Source of the DNA: Eledone cirrhosa
Taxonomy: Eukaryota
Length of the DNA stretch: 64,000 bases
Assembly: GCA_964016885.1 (NCBI GenBank)
Contig: OZ024743.1
Location: 199,392,001 to 199,456,000 of the forward strand
Reading direction: 5' to 3'
The position numbers and the translations under genes are program-made. The notes beneath the pieces are model-generated. The model made no database searches, was not told the DNA's origin, and worked only from the letters and a program-made list of their open reading frames with translations. How positions within the stretch are numbered: the first letter of the stretch is position 1; the number at the start of each line of letters is the position of its first letter. This document shows positions 50,449 to 64,000 of the stretch, one piece after another.

Positions 50449-50449
<1 letters not shown>
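44421..50449 (+). mobile_element. Near full-length Tx1/L1-clade LINE (copy 2), decayed
   Basis: ORF1 44564-46729 (stop at 45632; CFRCGSKTHLRAFC); ORF2 46798-50205 with stops (47314, 49309) and frameshifts; (ATT)n both flanks. Confidence 0.92.
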
Positions 50450-50497
<48 letters not shown>

Positions 50498-50504
50498 TAT
50501 ATTA

Positions 50505-50945
50505 AGTGGATTGGCAGTATCAGTAGAACATCGGACATTATGTTTTGTGGCATATAATTACATCCCTTTACATTCTGAGTTCAAATCCTGTCAAGGTTAG
50601 CTTTGCCTTTCATCCTTACAGGGTCGATAAAATAAAGTACCAGTAACACACTGGGATCGATTTAATCTACATTTCCCTCCCCCAAAGTTGTTGGCCTTGT
50701 GCCTAAATCAGAAATCATTATTATGAGTAATAAATCACTGGGATAATTGCTGGCCTCGTGCCAAAAGTAGAAACAATTATTATTATTATTATTATTGGTT
50801 GAAAGGCAGAGGTTAGCTCTGTCTTTCGTCCTTATGGGCTCAATAAAATAAAGCACCAGTATGTAGAGGGGTCGAGTTAATCGACTTGCCCTTCCATTCA
50901 AATTGCTGGCCTTTTGCCTAAAGTAGAAACAATTATTATTATTAT
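50505..50945 (+). mobile_element. SINE group A cluster (full copy 50505-50723 plus two 3' fragments)
   Basis: Consensus matches separated by (ATT)n. Confidence 0.85.
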
Positions 50946-50946
50946 T

Positions 50947-51281
50947 GGAGGCACATGGCTTAGTGGTTAGTGCATTGGCCTTGCAATCGAAAGGTTGTGA
51001 GTTCACTTCTCAGACCGGGCGATGTGTTGTTTCCTTGAGCAAGGCACTTTATTTCACATTGCTCCAGTTTACTCAGCTGTAGAAATGAGATGATAGGGAC
51101 TGGGGTCCCTATCATTCCACTGCAAAGTGGCCGTGGAGGTGCCACGGCAAAAAAGCACCCAGCACTCACTGTAAATGAGGTTGGTGTTAGGAAGGGCATC
51201 CAGCTGTAGAAATCAAGCCAGAATCAGTTCCCGTCCCACCCTTGCAAGCAGGGAAAAGTGGACGTAAAATGAAATGAATGA
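50947..51281 (+). mobile_element. CORE-like SINE group B with RTE-derived tail
   Basis: Closely matches 19418-19768. Confidence 0.9.
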
Positions 51282-52417
51282 AAATTGGTGAAAATAGCTA
51301 GCTTGTCAAGACTGAATGGGCCCACCCTGAATTATATTTTACTAAGCAGGAGAAAAGAAACCAGGAGTGGGTTTTTTTACTGCCCTTGATACAACAGAAT
51401 AATCTGGGGCTTTCATATGGGGTCTTCCTTGAAAATATTCTAAGGTGTCATTCTTTGCCATTGGGGAACTTTAGTTATTTGGCTGTTATTTTACATATAT
51501 GTGTAGGCATACTTTTACAATCAGTGCACAGAATAAATTAATGTATGCACATGTTGGATAAAATCTAATTGTTTCTACTTTAGGCACAATGCCAGCAATT
51601 AACCAGTGCATTACTGGTACTGTTGGATAAAATATAATAACAAAAAATTATACTTTTACATTTTGTGTGCACATACATTTTTGCCATAAAACAATTGCAT
51701 AAGTTTTTTTTATCACATTCACTATGAAAATATTAAAGAAAATATATTTAACAATATTTTGTGTATAATAAAACATTGACTTTTCGTAAATATTAATATG
51801 GCCGGAAAAAGTAGTTAGCTAGACTTATTGTAATTACTGTATAAATTGCATTTATAATGTTCACATTTTAAGTTAAGTTAATTTGAATGTGATCTTTGTG
51901 CTCTACTGGTGTAGATCATAAAACTACACCAGAAGTCAAGTCAATATTATAGAGATTAAAGGATAATGTTTGTTTGTCTGTTTGTGTGTTTTTTTCAAGA
52001 AACATTGCATATTATACATGAATGTAGAGTGAAAGTATTTATACTCCAGGCTCAGCTGGCTTTGGCTGGCAGCACCTGAAATGGACCTTTCTCTATCCAG
52101 GGTTATAGACTTTGAAATGTTAGGTTCGTTTTTTGCATATGTTAAGAAGGGAAGAGAGCTTGGGTGCAAGACTAGAAATCTTACCTCCATTAATCAAAAT
52201 TACCACAGAAATGTCAAACAGATACATGGCATGAGAGCAAAAAGAACTAAGAATAAGAAGACTGTTTGTTGTTAATTAAGATTCTGATAATTTACTTTAC
52301 AAAATGTTCAATAATAAGACCTTCCTTTCTTTCGTGTCTTATGAAAATAGTTTTTGTATATTTTAAAATGTAGAATCCTTAATAGGCTCTGTCCCTTAAG
52401 TATTAACTCTGAGTTTC

Positions 52418-52457
52418 TCAGAGTTCTTTTGTCGCACAACTGTGACATCATCAGTGA
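52418..52457 (-). ncRNA. Degenerate hammerhead (Penelope pLTR type)
   Basis: Minus: tca-CTGATGA-T-GTCACA gttg TGCGAC-AAAA-GAAC-TC-tga; GAAA mutated to AAAA at a CpG. Confidence 0.6.
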
Positions 52458-52744
52458 TGTTGTTATGTTTCCTCCTGTTGTATTCCTGTAATGTTTTCTT
52501 TATATTGTAAATATTTAAGGAGCCTATTGTCTTGTTATCAAAACATTCTATTATTGATGTTGAGCTCCAGGTACACTCTTATTAAGAAGATATATCAAAG
52601 TTATTACTGCCATGTCTAGACTCCATTGTCATTCCTATTTTTAAAGATAAGATGGAGAGTATAGAGAATTGACAAAGGCAACATGAAACAGTCAACAATG
52701 GGAGGAAGATGGTGGAAAACTTGAAAATGGTTTATGATCAAGAA

Positions 52745-52997
52745 AATGAAATGAGAAAATGAAATGAAAAAAATGAAACAAAATTGACAGCTAACACCTG
52801 TGCTGGTTTAGCAGGCCTCCTGTGAAGTTGCATCGCATGGGAGGGTTTTCACTTGTTTTAATGATAAGGGCCACAAATGTATCATGAAAATGAATGAGAA
52901 ATGAAGTGTCTTGCTCAGGAATACATTGTGCCACCCATTGCAGGAATCAAACTCAAGATCTTTTGGTATTAGATCTAACACTAACCACGAGGCTATG
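52745..52997 (-). mobile_element. Old SINE group B-like copy with (TTTCA)n-ending tail
   Basis: aagtgtcttgctcagga CORE-like segment; tail homologous to 30045-30190. Confidence 0.6.
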
Positions 52998-53464
52998 CAT
53001 ATTCACAGAATGACAAATAAGATGGATAGAGGATTTTAAATTTTAGGGTCCAAACCATGCCGGCATGGAAAAGCCAACGTAAATGCGATGATGATGATGA
53101 TGATGATTGTCTCTAGTCTATGGAACTTTATTGATCGAGGGTGTGATATGAGCGAGATTTGGTGGTAATTTCTATTAGGGGGGAATAACTATAGATATAC
53201 TTTCTCATTTGTTCAATATCCAAATATTTTATTTTAGAATCATGATTGTTGTTAGAGAAATGGTTTTATGATATATCTAATTTTGATTTTATCGGCTTTT
53301 GTAAATAAAAAAGAAAATAACAATAAGGATATGCATGTGTCTATGTATATACTCATATATGTATGTGTATACGTTTGTATATATATATATGAATGTATGT
53401 ATATATATATATATATATATATATAAAGTACAGAACAATCAAAACTATGTTAAATACATTTTAT

Positions 53465-53511
53465 TGCTGACAATTGTTTCTTCCAAACAGCCGTTTGGAA
53501 TCATCAGAACA
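53465..53511 (-). ncRNA. Minimal type-I hammerhead ribozyme (family H5), fully intact
   Basis: Minus: tgtt-CTGATGA-TTCCAAAC ggct GTTTGGAA-GAAA-CAATTG-TC-agca; perfect 8-bp stem II, GUC site, palindromic stem III; inverted partial copy at 53611-53670. Confidence 0.9.
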
Positions 53512-53910
53512 TTGGCAAAGCTTAAACATTAAATTCCTATTCTACAGAACAATCATAAAGATATGTTGATATTGTTACTATCAATAGTGTCATATTCAAA
53601 GAGAGTGAAGTTGGAAGAAACGATTGTCAGCAATAAAATGTATTAAACATAGTTTTGATTGTTCTATACTGTATACTCTTGCTCTGTAAGACATCTGATG
53701 TATTTACAATGAGCTATTTTTCATACTGGTAATAAGGTGTTAAAAAATAAAAAATACTGACCTTTCCTGTTTATAATTATATATAGTTTATATATAAGTA
53801 TAAATAATATTATTATTATATATATATATATATATATGTGTGTATGTTTATATATATATATGTGTGTGTATGTATATACATAGGTGTGTGTGTGTGTGTG
53901 TGTCTGTCTG

Positions 53911-56900
53911 TCATCATCATCATCATCATCATCACCATCATCATCAATTTACGTCCGCTTTTCCCTGCTTGCAAGGGTGGGACGGGTCTTATTCAGCATC
54001 TCTCCACTCGTCATGGTCCCTCGTCATCTCCACCGTGAGCTTCAATGATCTGAGGTCTGTTCTCACCACCTCCGCCCATGTTTTTCGTGGTCTACCTCTA
54101 CCATGTCTTCCTTCAACTGGCAATTCCTGGCACTTCTTCACCCATCGGTCATCCTCCATGCGCATCACATGTCCATACCACCTCAGTCTCCTCTCCCGTA
54201 CACTACATTCTATCCCTCTCAGACACAGTTTCTCTCTCAACACATTTAAGCTGGGTCGTTCACGCACATTTACACTGCACATCCAACGGAGCATGCTTGC
54301 CTCATTTCTCTCCAGCCGTCGCATATCTTCTGCGGTAGCTGCCCATGTCTCCCTACCATGCAGCATCGCGTTCCTCACACAGGCATCATCCAACCGGCCT
54401 TTCGTACGTAGGGAGAAACCCTTCTTCATCAACAGAGGAAGCAGCTCCCTATACTTCTTCCAACCCGTCCTTATTCTAGATACTATGGCCTCGGAACACC
54501 CTCCTCCCATGCTAATCTGATCTCCTAGGTACCGGAAGCTATCCACCACTTCTATAGCGCCCTCCTGCATTTGAAAAATGTGTCTATCAACGCGACTTCT
54601 ACTGTCTAATTTCCCTGTACATCTACTGCATACATATTTCTCCCTACCTGTTAGTTTGCCTGCTATCCCGCTACATCTCTTGTGTACCCAGGATCTGTAT
54701 TGTGTGCATTTTATAGAATTTATGCCAGTTCCTTTTCTGCATATCGAACATGGCCATTTCACTGGTGGAATCAGGGTTTTGCCCTCTTTTCTACTCATCA
54801 ACACTTTTGTCTTAGCTAGATTCACTCTCAGTCCTCTTGCTTCCAACTGCTGTTTCCATAGCCAGAATTTATTCTCTAGCTCCTCTACTGATTCTGCTAT
54901 AAGAACCAGATCGTCAGCATAGAGAAGTTCCCATGGACAGCCAGTCTTAAACTCCTCTGTTATGGCTTGGAGGACTATAATGAACAAGAGCGGGCTGAGG
55001 ACCGAACCCTGATGTACTCCTACTTGTATCTGGAATTCCTCACTAAACTCCATTCCTACCCTGACTTTACTGAGAGTACCTCTGTACAAAGTTTGCACTG
55101 TCCTCACAAGCCATTCCTCAACACTTAGCTTCCTTAGGGACCACCAGATTACAGATTGAGGTACCCTATCAAAGGCCTTCTTTAGGTCAACAAAAGCTAA
55201 GTATAGTGGCTTATTCTTCTCTAAGAACCTCTCTTGCAATTGTCTCACCAAGAAGAGGGCATCTGTTGTTCTCTTCCCAGGCACAAAACCAAACTGCATC
55301 TCATCTAGTTTGACCCTTTCTCTAATTAGTTGTGCTAAAATCCTTTCTGCCACTTTCATAACCTGATCTATCAGTTTTGTACCCCTATAATTGCTCCTCT
55401 CCAAAGCATCCCCTTTACCTTTATAGCAATTTATGAGAATACTGCTGCACCAGTCTTTGCGTATGGCACCACCATATATAGCGTGATTGATGATGCGTGC
55501 AACCAGTTTAGTGCCTACGTCCCCTGATGCCTTCAGCATCTCAGCAACTATTCCCGATGGTCCGGCAGCCTTACGATTTTTCATTTCCCTAATCGCCTCT
55601 TGGACCCTATATTCGTCAATCTCAATAGCTGGTCCCTCTGTCGGATCTACCAAGGGTAATTTCTCTCTCTCCCATTTGTTCTCCACATTCATCAGTCTCT
55701 CATAATAACATTTCCAGGCCTCCTTTTTCTGATCATTCGTGACACTAAGTACACTGGCATCATTTATCTCCAACAACATCCTGATTTGCATTGACACACT
55801 GCCTTGCAATGTGGAACACCGCACGCCTCTGATCTTCCCGTCGCAGAACATTGGTAAACCTCCTACTCTCTGCCTCCCTGCGTGCTAAGTACACCTGACG
55901 TCTAGCTTCTCTCTTAGTGGCTGTATATTCTTCCCTACTCCCCCCCCCCCTTTTTACAAGCCTTTCATGCTAGTCTTTTGTCTCTAATAGCCTTATCTAC
56001 TGTGCTGTTCCACCACCAGGTCACTCTCTGTCTGGTTGGAGCTCTGCTGCAGCCACAAGTTTCATCAGTAGCCTGCAGCAAGTTGTCACATAGGAAATTC
56101 CAGTTATTATCTATGTCATACGTCTCTAAATCGTCTTCTTTTTCGTCATATACATCTTGAAGGGCTTTCTTAAATTTGTATTTTAGTGAAAGGTCTTTTC
56201 GCTTCCAGACCTTTCTTCTCCACACCTTCCTATATGTCTCATTCCATCTCTTGCTTACTGAGATATCACTAACAACTAACCTATGCTGTGGGGTACATTC
56301 TTCCCCAGGGTATGCCTTGGTATTAGACACTATCTGCCTGTCCCGCTGCCTAACTAGTAAAAAGTCAATCTGGCTTATGTGCTCACCAGATTTGTAGGTT
56401 ATTAGGGGATTGGCAGGTTTCTGGAAGTTTGTGTTGCAAATAGTCAATGTACCTGCATCACAAAATTCAAGAAGTCTCACTCCTTCTTCATTTCTTGAAC
56501 CGTAACCGTGCCCAACATGTACCCCAGTGTAACCATCCTGGAGCTGTCCAACATGACCTTTGCTAGCATAACGATGTCTCCGTCCTCTGTCATTGCGGTT
56601 GTTTGCAAAAGTTGCTCATAAAAGCAGTCTTTCTCATCTTTGCCTAGGCCTGCTTGGGGAGCATAGGCCGAGATGATTGTCAGTAGTCTCCTACCTACAA
56701 CTAATCTAAACTTAATTATTCGATTACTAACTCGAACTACCTCTATTGTCTTATTGATCCATTTCTCAGCCAGGAAAATGCTTACTCCCCCTAACCCATC
56801 ATCCTTACCTACCCAGAATAGCTTATAGCTAAGACGTTTGCCTACGACTAGTCTCGCAGAGGCACCTCTCCATCTCAGCTCTTGCACGCAGCACACATCC

Positions 56901-56926
56901 ACCTGCCTTCTCTCCAGCAGATCTAC
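53911..56926 (-). mobile_element. Decayed RTE-clade LINE (family R2)
   Basis: ORF pieces 56477-57037, 55965-56480, 53989-55851 with APE, RT (LYADD) and PHD-like motifs; short 3' UTR and (GAT)n tail. Confidence 0.93.
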
Positions 56927-57930
56927 CTCTGAGAGTGTCAACATTAAGTGTTGCAACTCTTCATATTTAAGAGATGCAACGTCTTCATATTTTGTTGTTG
57001 TTCCTATTTGTTGCTGTGCTGATAAGCGTTTTGGCATTGATACACTGGTTGGATGCCCTTCCTAACACCAGCGCCACTTTACAGCATGGACTGGGTGCTT
57101 TTATTTGTGCCACCAGCACTAGAGAGGATGTCTTACTAGACTCAAGGGCCCTCTCTACCTCTCCATTTTACAGCATGGTCATAAAAAAAACCCCAAAAAA
57201 CAAACCTTATTGACACGACGCACACACACACACTCACACACCAACACTCATGCATACAAACCACAACCACACACACGCCACTCACATACCAACACTCATT
57301 CATGCATACAATCACACACACCACTCACAAACACACATATATATATATATATTACCGACAGTACTGATACAAATACAAAATCAAAATCAAAATCAAAATC
57401 AAAATCAATATCATGTCAACTGTTAACCTTTCCCAGTCCAGTTCAGCTTGTATATATGTGTGTGTATAAATATGCATGCATGTACGTGTTTTTATAATTT
57501 AAGATTTTTTTCAAAATTCAAGCTAGTAACAAAGAAAATGATGAGAGAACTTTCTTTAAATGCATGAATGCATGAATGTATGAATGTATGTATAGGCATG
57601 TATGTATATGATTTATATAAAGGAATTAATATAGAAATGTTAATGTTTTCTTTGTGTTGTTGTTTTATATATATACTACATGTAGGGACATATCAAGAAA
57701 ATGAATGAAATTATCATTATTGTTGTTATTATATATTGAGTTGTCATTGTTTTATAAGAGATTTTTGTTCAAGTGTTTATTTAGTGATATGTATATTTCA
57801 TTGAATTATCTAACTGTTTACAATACTGTACCTCATTTCTACACTTTCATAATTCAACTTTTGTGGAAAATTAATGATTTACAGTTTCAAGATAAATATA
57901 TATTGTATGCATGTATTCATACATACATAA

Positions 57931-57989
<59 letters not shown>

Positions 57990-58055
57990 TATATTTGTTT
58001 GTGTATATATATATATGTATATATATATATTTGTATGTATATATATATTTGTATG

Positions 58056-58120
<65 letters not shown>

Positions 58121-58124
58121 ATAA

Positions 58125-58233
58125 TAATAATTGTTTCTACTTTAGGCACAAGGCCAGCAAATACCCAGTGCATTACTGGTACTTTATTTTATCGACCCCG
58201 TAAGGATGAAAGGCAAAGTCAACCTCGGCGGGA
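58125..58233 (-). mobile_element. 5'-truncated SINE group A
   Basis: Reverse consensus, (AAT)n both sides. Confidence 0.88.
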
Positions 58234-58236
58234 TTA

Positions 58237-58283
<47 letters not shown>

Positions 58284-58285
<2 letters not shown>

Positions 58286-58326
58286 TTTCTTTATTAACCA
58301 CAAGGGTTTACATAAAGTAGACATTA
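58284..58326 (-). mobile_element. ~45-bp 3' terminus of the Tx1 copy-2 family with (ATT)n tail
   Basis: Reverse complement of taatgtctactttatgtaaacccttgtggttaataaagaaa (50407-50447). Confidence 0.85.
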
Positions 58327-58565
58327 CATAATAATAAATTTGAAGACTAAAATCCAAAGAGAGCTCGATAAGGATAAATATATATTAAATATATAAGAAC
58401 CGTAGAGCAAATATTTATTAAAATAACAGATTAAAGTTTAAGCAAAGAATCGCTGCTTTCACCCTTAACGGGATGTTCTGAAACTAACAAAGTCAATCTG
58501 TGAACGCAGAAGTGAATATTTCAAAAAACGTTGCAGCCGGAGGAAGACGATACTTTGGTTCGTGG

Positions 58566-58833
58566 AAACGTTCCCTGGCAAAGAACGGGAAAAAACGAAT
58601 ATAATACGTCATTATTTGGAGCAGTGAAAAACAATTGCACGCAAAGACAAAACCACGTAAATGGTAGAGCAGAAGTCGTAGACTAATATTCTATTAGGTG
58701 GTTCATAGAGACGTTCTTTGGCAATGAACGAGAAAAACGAAGATAATACGTCATATGTGGAGCGTGAAGAACAATTGCATGCAAAGACAAAACCACGTAA
58801 ATGGTATAGCTGAAGTCGTAGACTAAAATTCTA
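58566..58833. repeat. Diverged direct duplication (~125-bp units at 58566 and 58709)
   Basis: acaattgcaYgcaaagacaaaaccacgtaaatggta..gaagtcgtagactaa occurs twice. Confidence 0.8.
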
Positions 58834-60608
58834 ACTAGGAAACCGAATGATTCTCGGCTTCAGAGTTAAGAATAAAGTAAATAAAATACAGAGGTAATTG
58901 AAATTAAATAAATACACGCATCCATATACGTACATACACAAACATATGTGAAAACAATGTTCCCTCCTATTGTATTGTATTGTTTTGTAATGTTTACGCC
59001 ATTTTAATTTTATTTATTTATTTATTTATTTTTGTCTCCATCTCTGCGGATGCGTTTGCGCGTGTGTATAATGTTATATATATATATCATCATCACCACC
59101 GTCTTACGTCCATTTTTCCACACTAGCATGGGTTAGATGAGTTGTCCTGATGTGGGTTGTCAGGTGACCATGTCTTGCTCATACAGAACTGATTTGGGCT
59201 TGATTTCTACAGTTGGCTGCCCTTCCTAATGCCATATATATAAATACAGGCATCTACATCATACATACATTACTAGCAAGGAAAATGGACATTAAATGAT
59301 GATGATGATGATATATATATGTATGTATATTATGTTCATACATATATAATATGTGTACACAGGGCTGTGTATTAATAAATATTGAAGAATATCTAATATA
59401 TATTCATACAGAAGAAGATTTAGTGCTGCTCTTTATTTTAATATTTAGATTTCTATAGACCCTTTCTTTCAGATACTAAATTCCTTCTCTTATAATACTC
59501 TGAAATTCTTTTGCAATTGGAGCTGCTAGAATGTTTGCTTCCAGAGAAAATAACAAGAAGCACCTAACCTTAAGTTCAAGTGGTGCTTCACGTTAAAACC
59601 AGTATCTCCATTGTCGCTTTTATTCTCCTAGACACTGATTTTTCATTTTGCACATTGGCTTCATTCCAGTTGGTTGACTGTCAAATGTGCAGTAGTTTTC
59701 ACTATATAATGCAGCATAGTGCATGTACTCAAATATATTGACACCTCACTGCAACTGTTAATGATTCTCAGAAATAAATATAACGATGATCAATGCTAAG
59801 TGTTAAAGTTCACTTGTTTTCTTTACTATATTACCTTTCTTCTTGTCTCTCTTTTTCTTCAACATATTTAATATTCATTTCCTTGTTGTTCATGTTCTAT
59901 ATCTCTATAGCCAAACTATATAGATTCTGTTGTCATTCTTGTTGTTGTTGTTTAGCTCCATACCAGTCCTGATTGGAAGAACTATGATCAAAAGCATTCC
60001 TAGCGTAACCATAGCCATCAGTGTTTTTATCAGGGAGGTCTATATTGCCAATGTTTTCTTCCACTTTTAACCCCTTTTGATACACAAATGCTTGAAACAG
60101 TCTTGAGATCTACAATACAATGCTGTTTATTTTAAAGTATTTATATTTATCTACATGCATTCCTGATGTAACTATCCAGTGTTTGAATCAGGGAGGTCTA
60201 TATTAACAATATGTTCTTCCACATTTAACACTTTTAATACACAAACACTTGAAACCATCTTTAGATCTGCAATACAAAGTTGTTTATTTCATAATATTTT
60301 TATTTATCTGAAACGTTTCCATAATGTTTTTATGTAAGAATCTTAAAATTATGCTTAAAATACTAACTTAATGAGAAAGATTGTTGCATTACTTAAGTCC
60401 TACAAAATTATTGATTATGGTAATGAAAAGGTTTAAGACAGTATGGTGTAATTAGCAGGTTATTTAGCTGCTGTTTCTAGCATAATAAATCCTTTGTACT
60501 TAGAGCAATATTTATTTTTGTTGTTAGAAATCCAACCAAAAAAAGTAATTAAAGGTAACAAAATGGTATTGTGACACCTTGTAATCATTATTAATGAGTG
60601 TCAGGATG

Positions 60609-60827
60609 ATTATACCACCCATCACCATATTGTCTACAATCTACTACCATCCTGACACTCATTAATTGTTTCTACTTTTGGCACAAGGCCAGCAAATACC
60701 CAGTACATTACTAATAAAGTACCAGTAATGTACTGGGTATTTGCTGGCCTTGTGCCAAAAGTAGAAACAATTAATGAGTGTCAGGATGGTAGTAGATTGT
60801 AGACAATATGGTGATGGATGGTATAAT
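60609..60827. repeat. Near-perfect ~105-bp-arm palindrome centred on a SINE-A 3' fragment
   Basis: 60609-60712 is the reverse complement of 60724-60827. Confidence 0.92.
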
Positions 60828-61001
60828 TGGTAGAGTGGCAAACAAGATTGTGGTGGAGGATAGAATTAGTAGTTAATATTCTTGGTTCATATCCTGACCT
60901 TTATCCCTCTATGGTTAATAATAAGTAATCATCATATACTGGAGTTAACTGAATCATTTTAACTCTTTATAAAAGTATTTGGCTTTGAGCTTATATTTTA
61001 A

Positions 61002-61275
61002 CCCTTTAGTATTTACATTACTCTACATATACAATTGTATTTTCATGGTAAATTCTTTATCTCACATAATGTCAAATTTATGAGAATTCTTTCACCTCTT
61101 TCTGTTCAAACTTGCCATAACTAGCCACTCATACTGACATTAAGTTATTATTCTCAAATTAGTTAACATCACAATCTCATAGATTCGATATTATGTGAGA
61201 TGATTATGTAAGATAAAGCCTTTACCACAAAAATACAATAGTATATATATATAGAGCAATGTAAATGCTAAAGGA
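61002..61275. mobile_element. piggyBac-type MITE copy E (rearranged, same end type at both termini)
   Basis: TTAA-ccctttagtatttacatt...aatgtaaatgctaaagga-TTAA. Confidence 0.7.
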
Positions 61276-61978
61276 TTAAACCTAGTATGCCTAGCTGTAA
61301 GTAGAAACTGTAATTTACCACCATAATCAGGAATAGCAGCAACAGGAGCACCATTGTAAAAACAAAAGGAGTTGCTTATCTTACAGTATTGAGTTCATCT
61401 CAACTACTATTCTGTGTTCAGAGATATTATACAGAAAGAGAAACTGTTTGTAGTAACAATAAGAAAATACAGCTCATGCTTATGTAGGTTTTCATGTCTC
61501 TTATATAGTTGAACCCCAGGTGTTTATTGATTTTTTAATGATGGAGGGCTCAGTCATATAAAAAGCAACATGAAATTGAGTTTCTTGCTCAAAAACACAA
61601 TATGCCAAACTACCCAGGATCCAACTCACAAACTTAGGGTCATGAGTCTGACACACTAACCAGTAAGCCATATACTTTTTCAATAGCCTTAGATTACACA
61701 CCTTCCCATTCATCGTGCTATTTCATCTGATCTGGGGCCATGGTTCTGTGATGCACAATTGCTATTCACACATGAAACTGATCACATAAACAGGACACAG
61801 GAATTCCCTACCACTATTGTCATGTGGATATCTTACTTCTGAGAGTAAATGCTAAAGGATTAAATCTAGTATGCCTAGCTGTAAGTAGAAACTGTAATTT
61901 AGCACCATAAGCAGGAATAGCAGCAACAGGAGCACCATTGTAAAAACAAAAGGAGTTGCTTATCTTACAGTATTGAGT
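61259..61978. repeat. ~135-bp direct duplication (61261-61396 and 61846-61978)
   Basis: gtaaatgctaaaggattaaa...gcttatcttacagtattgagt occurs twice. Confidence 0.85.
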
Positions 61979-63239
61979 CCACCAGATATAATATATAGCT
62001 AAACATACATTGTTATATAACCAGAACTACATTATCCACTATGTCATTCCCCATTTTAAGAGAAAAAGGTGTGGATTGAAGTAAATTTGGTTGCTATTTC
62101 TAACAGGTTTGAATAACACACAGATGATCATTAGTTGGCTTGTAACTTGATATTGAATAAATTATGCAAAGAGAGTCTCAAACTCATAGTTTTCTAACAA
62201 AATTTTCTCAGTAGCTATATCTGGAAATAATAGAACTATGAATTCAAGTTGACTACTGATTTAAAGTTATTGAGATACATTCATCCAATGATATCTAGAA
62301 TTTATAGAAAGTTCTGGTTTAGAATCAACATAATTTTTATTAGTTGAGTCGTCAGGCCATGATTTTTGATACCTATAATGAAATCTTAAAGGGGTTTTAT
62401 AGCATCTCTTTCTAAATAGTGTGTTTATAAAATGAAATAAGTTGTTGCAAAATGAAAATCTTTAAAAGAAAAGATGCGAATGAAAGATTGATTAAAGTGA
62501 TTCAAAATGCAAGATGATAATTTCAGTGAATAGATTTTACAGTAGGTAAAAATAAAAGAAGCAGAGAAGAAAAATTGAAAGACATCGAAAAACGGTGTAT
62601 TCGCAGAGAGAAAATGATTTAAATAATCATATTATCTCCATCTTTTAACTCATTTTCATCAAAATTTTGTTGAATTTATTCCTGATGTATATCATTGAAA
62701 CAAATACTACGTAAAGAATATGTAACCTCAAAGAGTTTTCACTGTTTTAGATGTATGATTCTATGCTAAGATAAGCATGAAAATGTAAAAGGCTGCTAAA
62801 AGAGATGAACAACACAAAGAAGACTGGATACAGTTGTGTTACTACATTCTTTGCTGGCAATTAAAAAAGAATTAATGTGGATTGTCATCCTACTCCAGAT
62901 ATTTTTAACTGTTAGGCTTCAATGATTTCCTACAATTAAATAAGATGACTTAAAGATAAGAATCAAGAAAGAAGTCTTTTCTACTCTACTGGTTTTTGTT
63001 TCTTCTGGCACTTCTTTATATCTTCATTTTCATTTTGAACACATTTTAATAACTTAAATATGTACATGCATATATATATGCATATACACACATACATACA
63101 TATGTATATATATAAATATATAAATGTTTCTATGTGTTATCGATGTATATAAAATGATTTGTGTGTATATATGAATATATACATATATATATTTATATAA
63201 TATATACATATATATACACATATATATTATATATATATA

Positions 63240-63311
<72 letters not shown>

Positions 63312-63920
63312 TGTGTACTCACTTATGTATATATATATATATATATATATGTTTATCTGTGTGTGTATGTGTATACACGAATGTGTGTATTTGTGTGTGA
63401 GCACACCTGCTTGCAAACATTTATGCATGCATATACACATAAATAAATACATATATACATACATACACACAATAGATACAGTTAGATCGATGTAGTCAAA
63501 TATGGTTAGATGCATGTATGCATGTATAGAATAGATAGACAAATGAATGAAATGAAAACGAACTTTTTTTTTTAAACAAGATTGTGTGTTGAATTCTAAA
63601 TGAGGAAGTGTATGATATCATTCTGAAAGTTTTAATCATTTTTCTATCAACGAAAAACCACAAAACTAACCAAAAATCAAAGACAAGAAAACAAGGAAAG
63701 GAAGAGAACAGAGGTGGGTTTCAACATTCCAAACAGAGTGCAATTTTATTTGAAATATAAGAATATTCAATTTGTATAATGAGCGCTTAGAATTTGATTT
63801 TGAATAAAGATAACAGCATTTCTTACAAGCTGAGTATGTCTAGGATATTCGAAATTACACACACACACACACACACACTCTCACAAACATATAAATACAT
63901 ACATACACATACATACATAT

Positions 63921-63978
<58 letters not shown>

Positions 63979-64000
63979 CTCATAAATGACATGAGTGTGC

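Noticed and set aside
52165-52262. Possible minus-strand exon (CAG...GGAG|GTAAG, one open frame)
   Set aside because: No recognisable peptide and weak acceptor tract; expected by chance; needs RNA-seq
62280-63040. A-rich stretch that looks like decayed coding sequence
   Set aside because: No long ORF and no motif I can recognise

Overview
AT-rich, microsatellite-dense animal genomic DNA; the SINE, LINE and simple-repeat style suggests a coleoid cephalopod such as Octopus (inference). I can support no host gene exon, and most listed ORFs are simple-repeat artefacts. Real coding potential is all transposon-derived: a head-to-head pair of Penelope-like (RT + GIY-YIG) arms at ~7.7-13.5 kb, two near full-length decayed Tx1/L1-clade LINEs plus three 3' fragments, three RTE-clade LINEs (one with an uninterrupted 1002-aa APE-RT-PHD ORF) and a Helitron helicase/3' end. 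Non-coding repeats include two tRNA-headed SINE groups and a TTAA-flanked piggyBac-type MITE family. The most striking feature is about 15 minimal type-I hammerhead ribozyme motifs from several sequence families. Most sit in or beside (TA)n tracts as head-to-head inverted pairs, always with the left arm on - and the right arm on +. A second system is an (ATT)n-associated Tx1 LINE with a SINE that shares its 3' end and target. Coordinates were counted by eye and may be off by a few bases.
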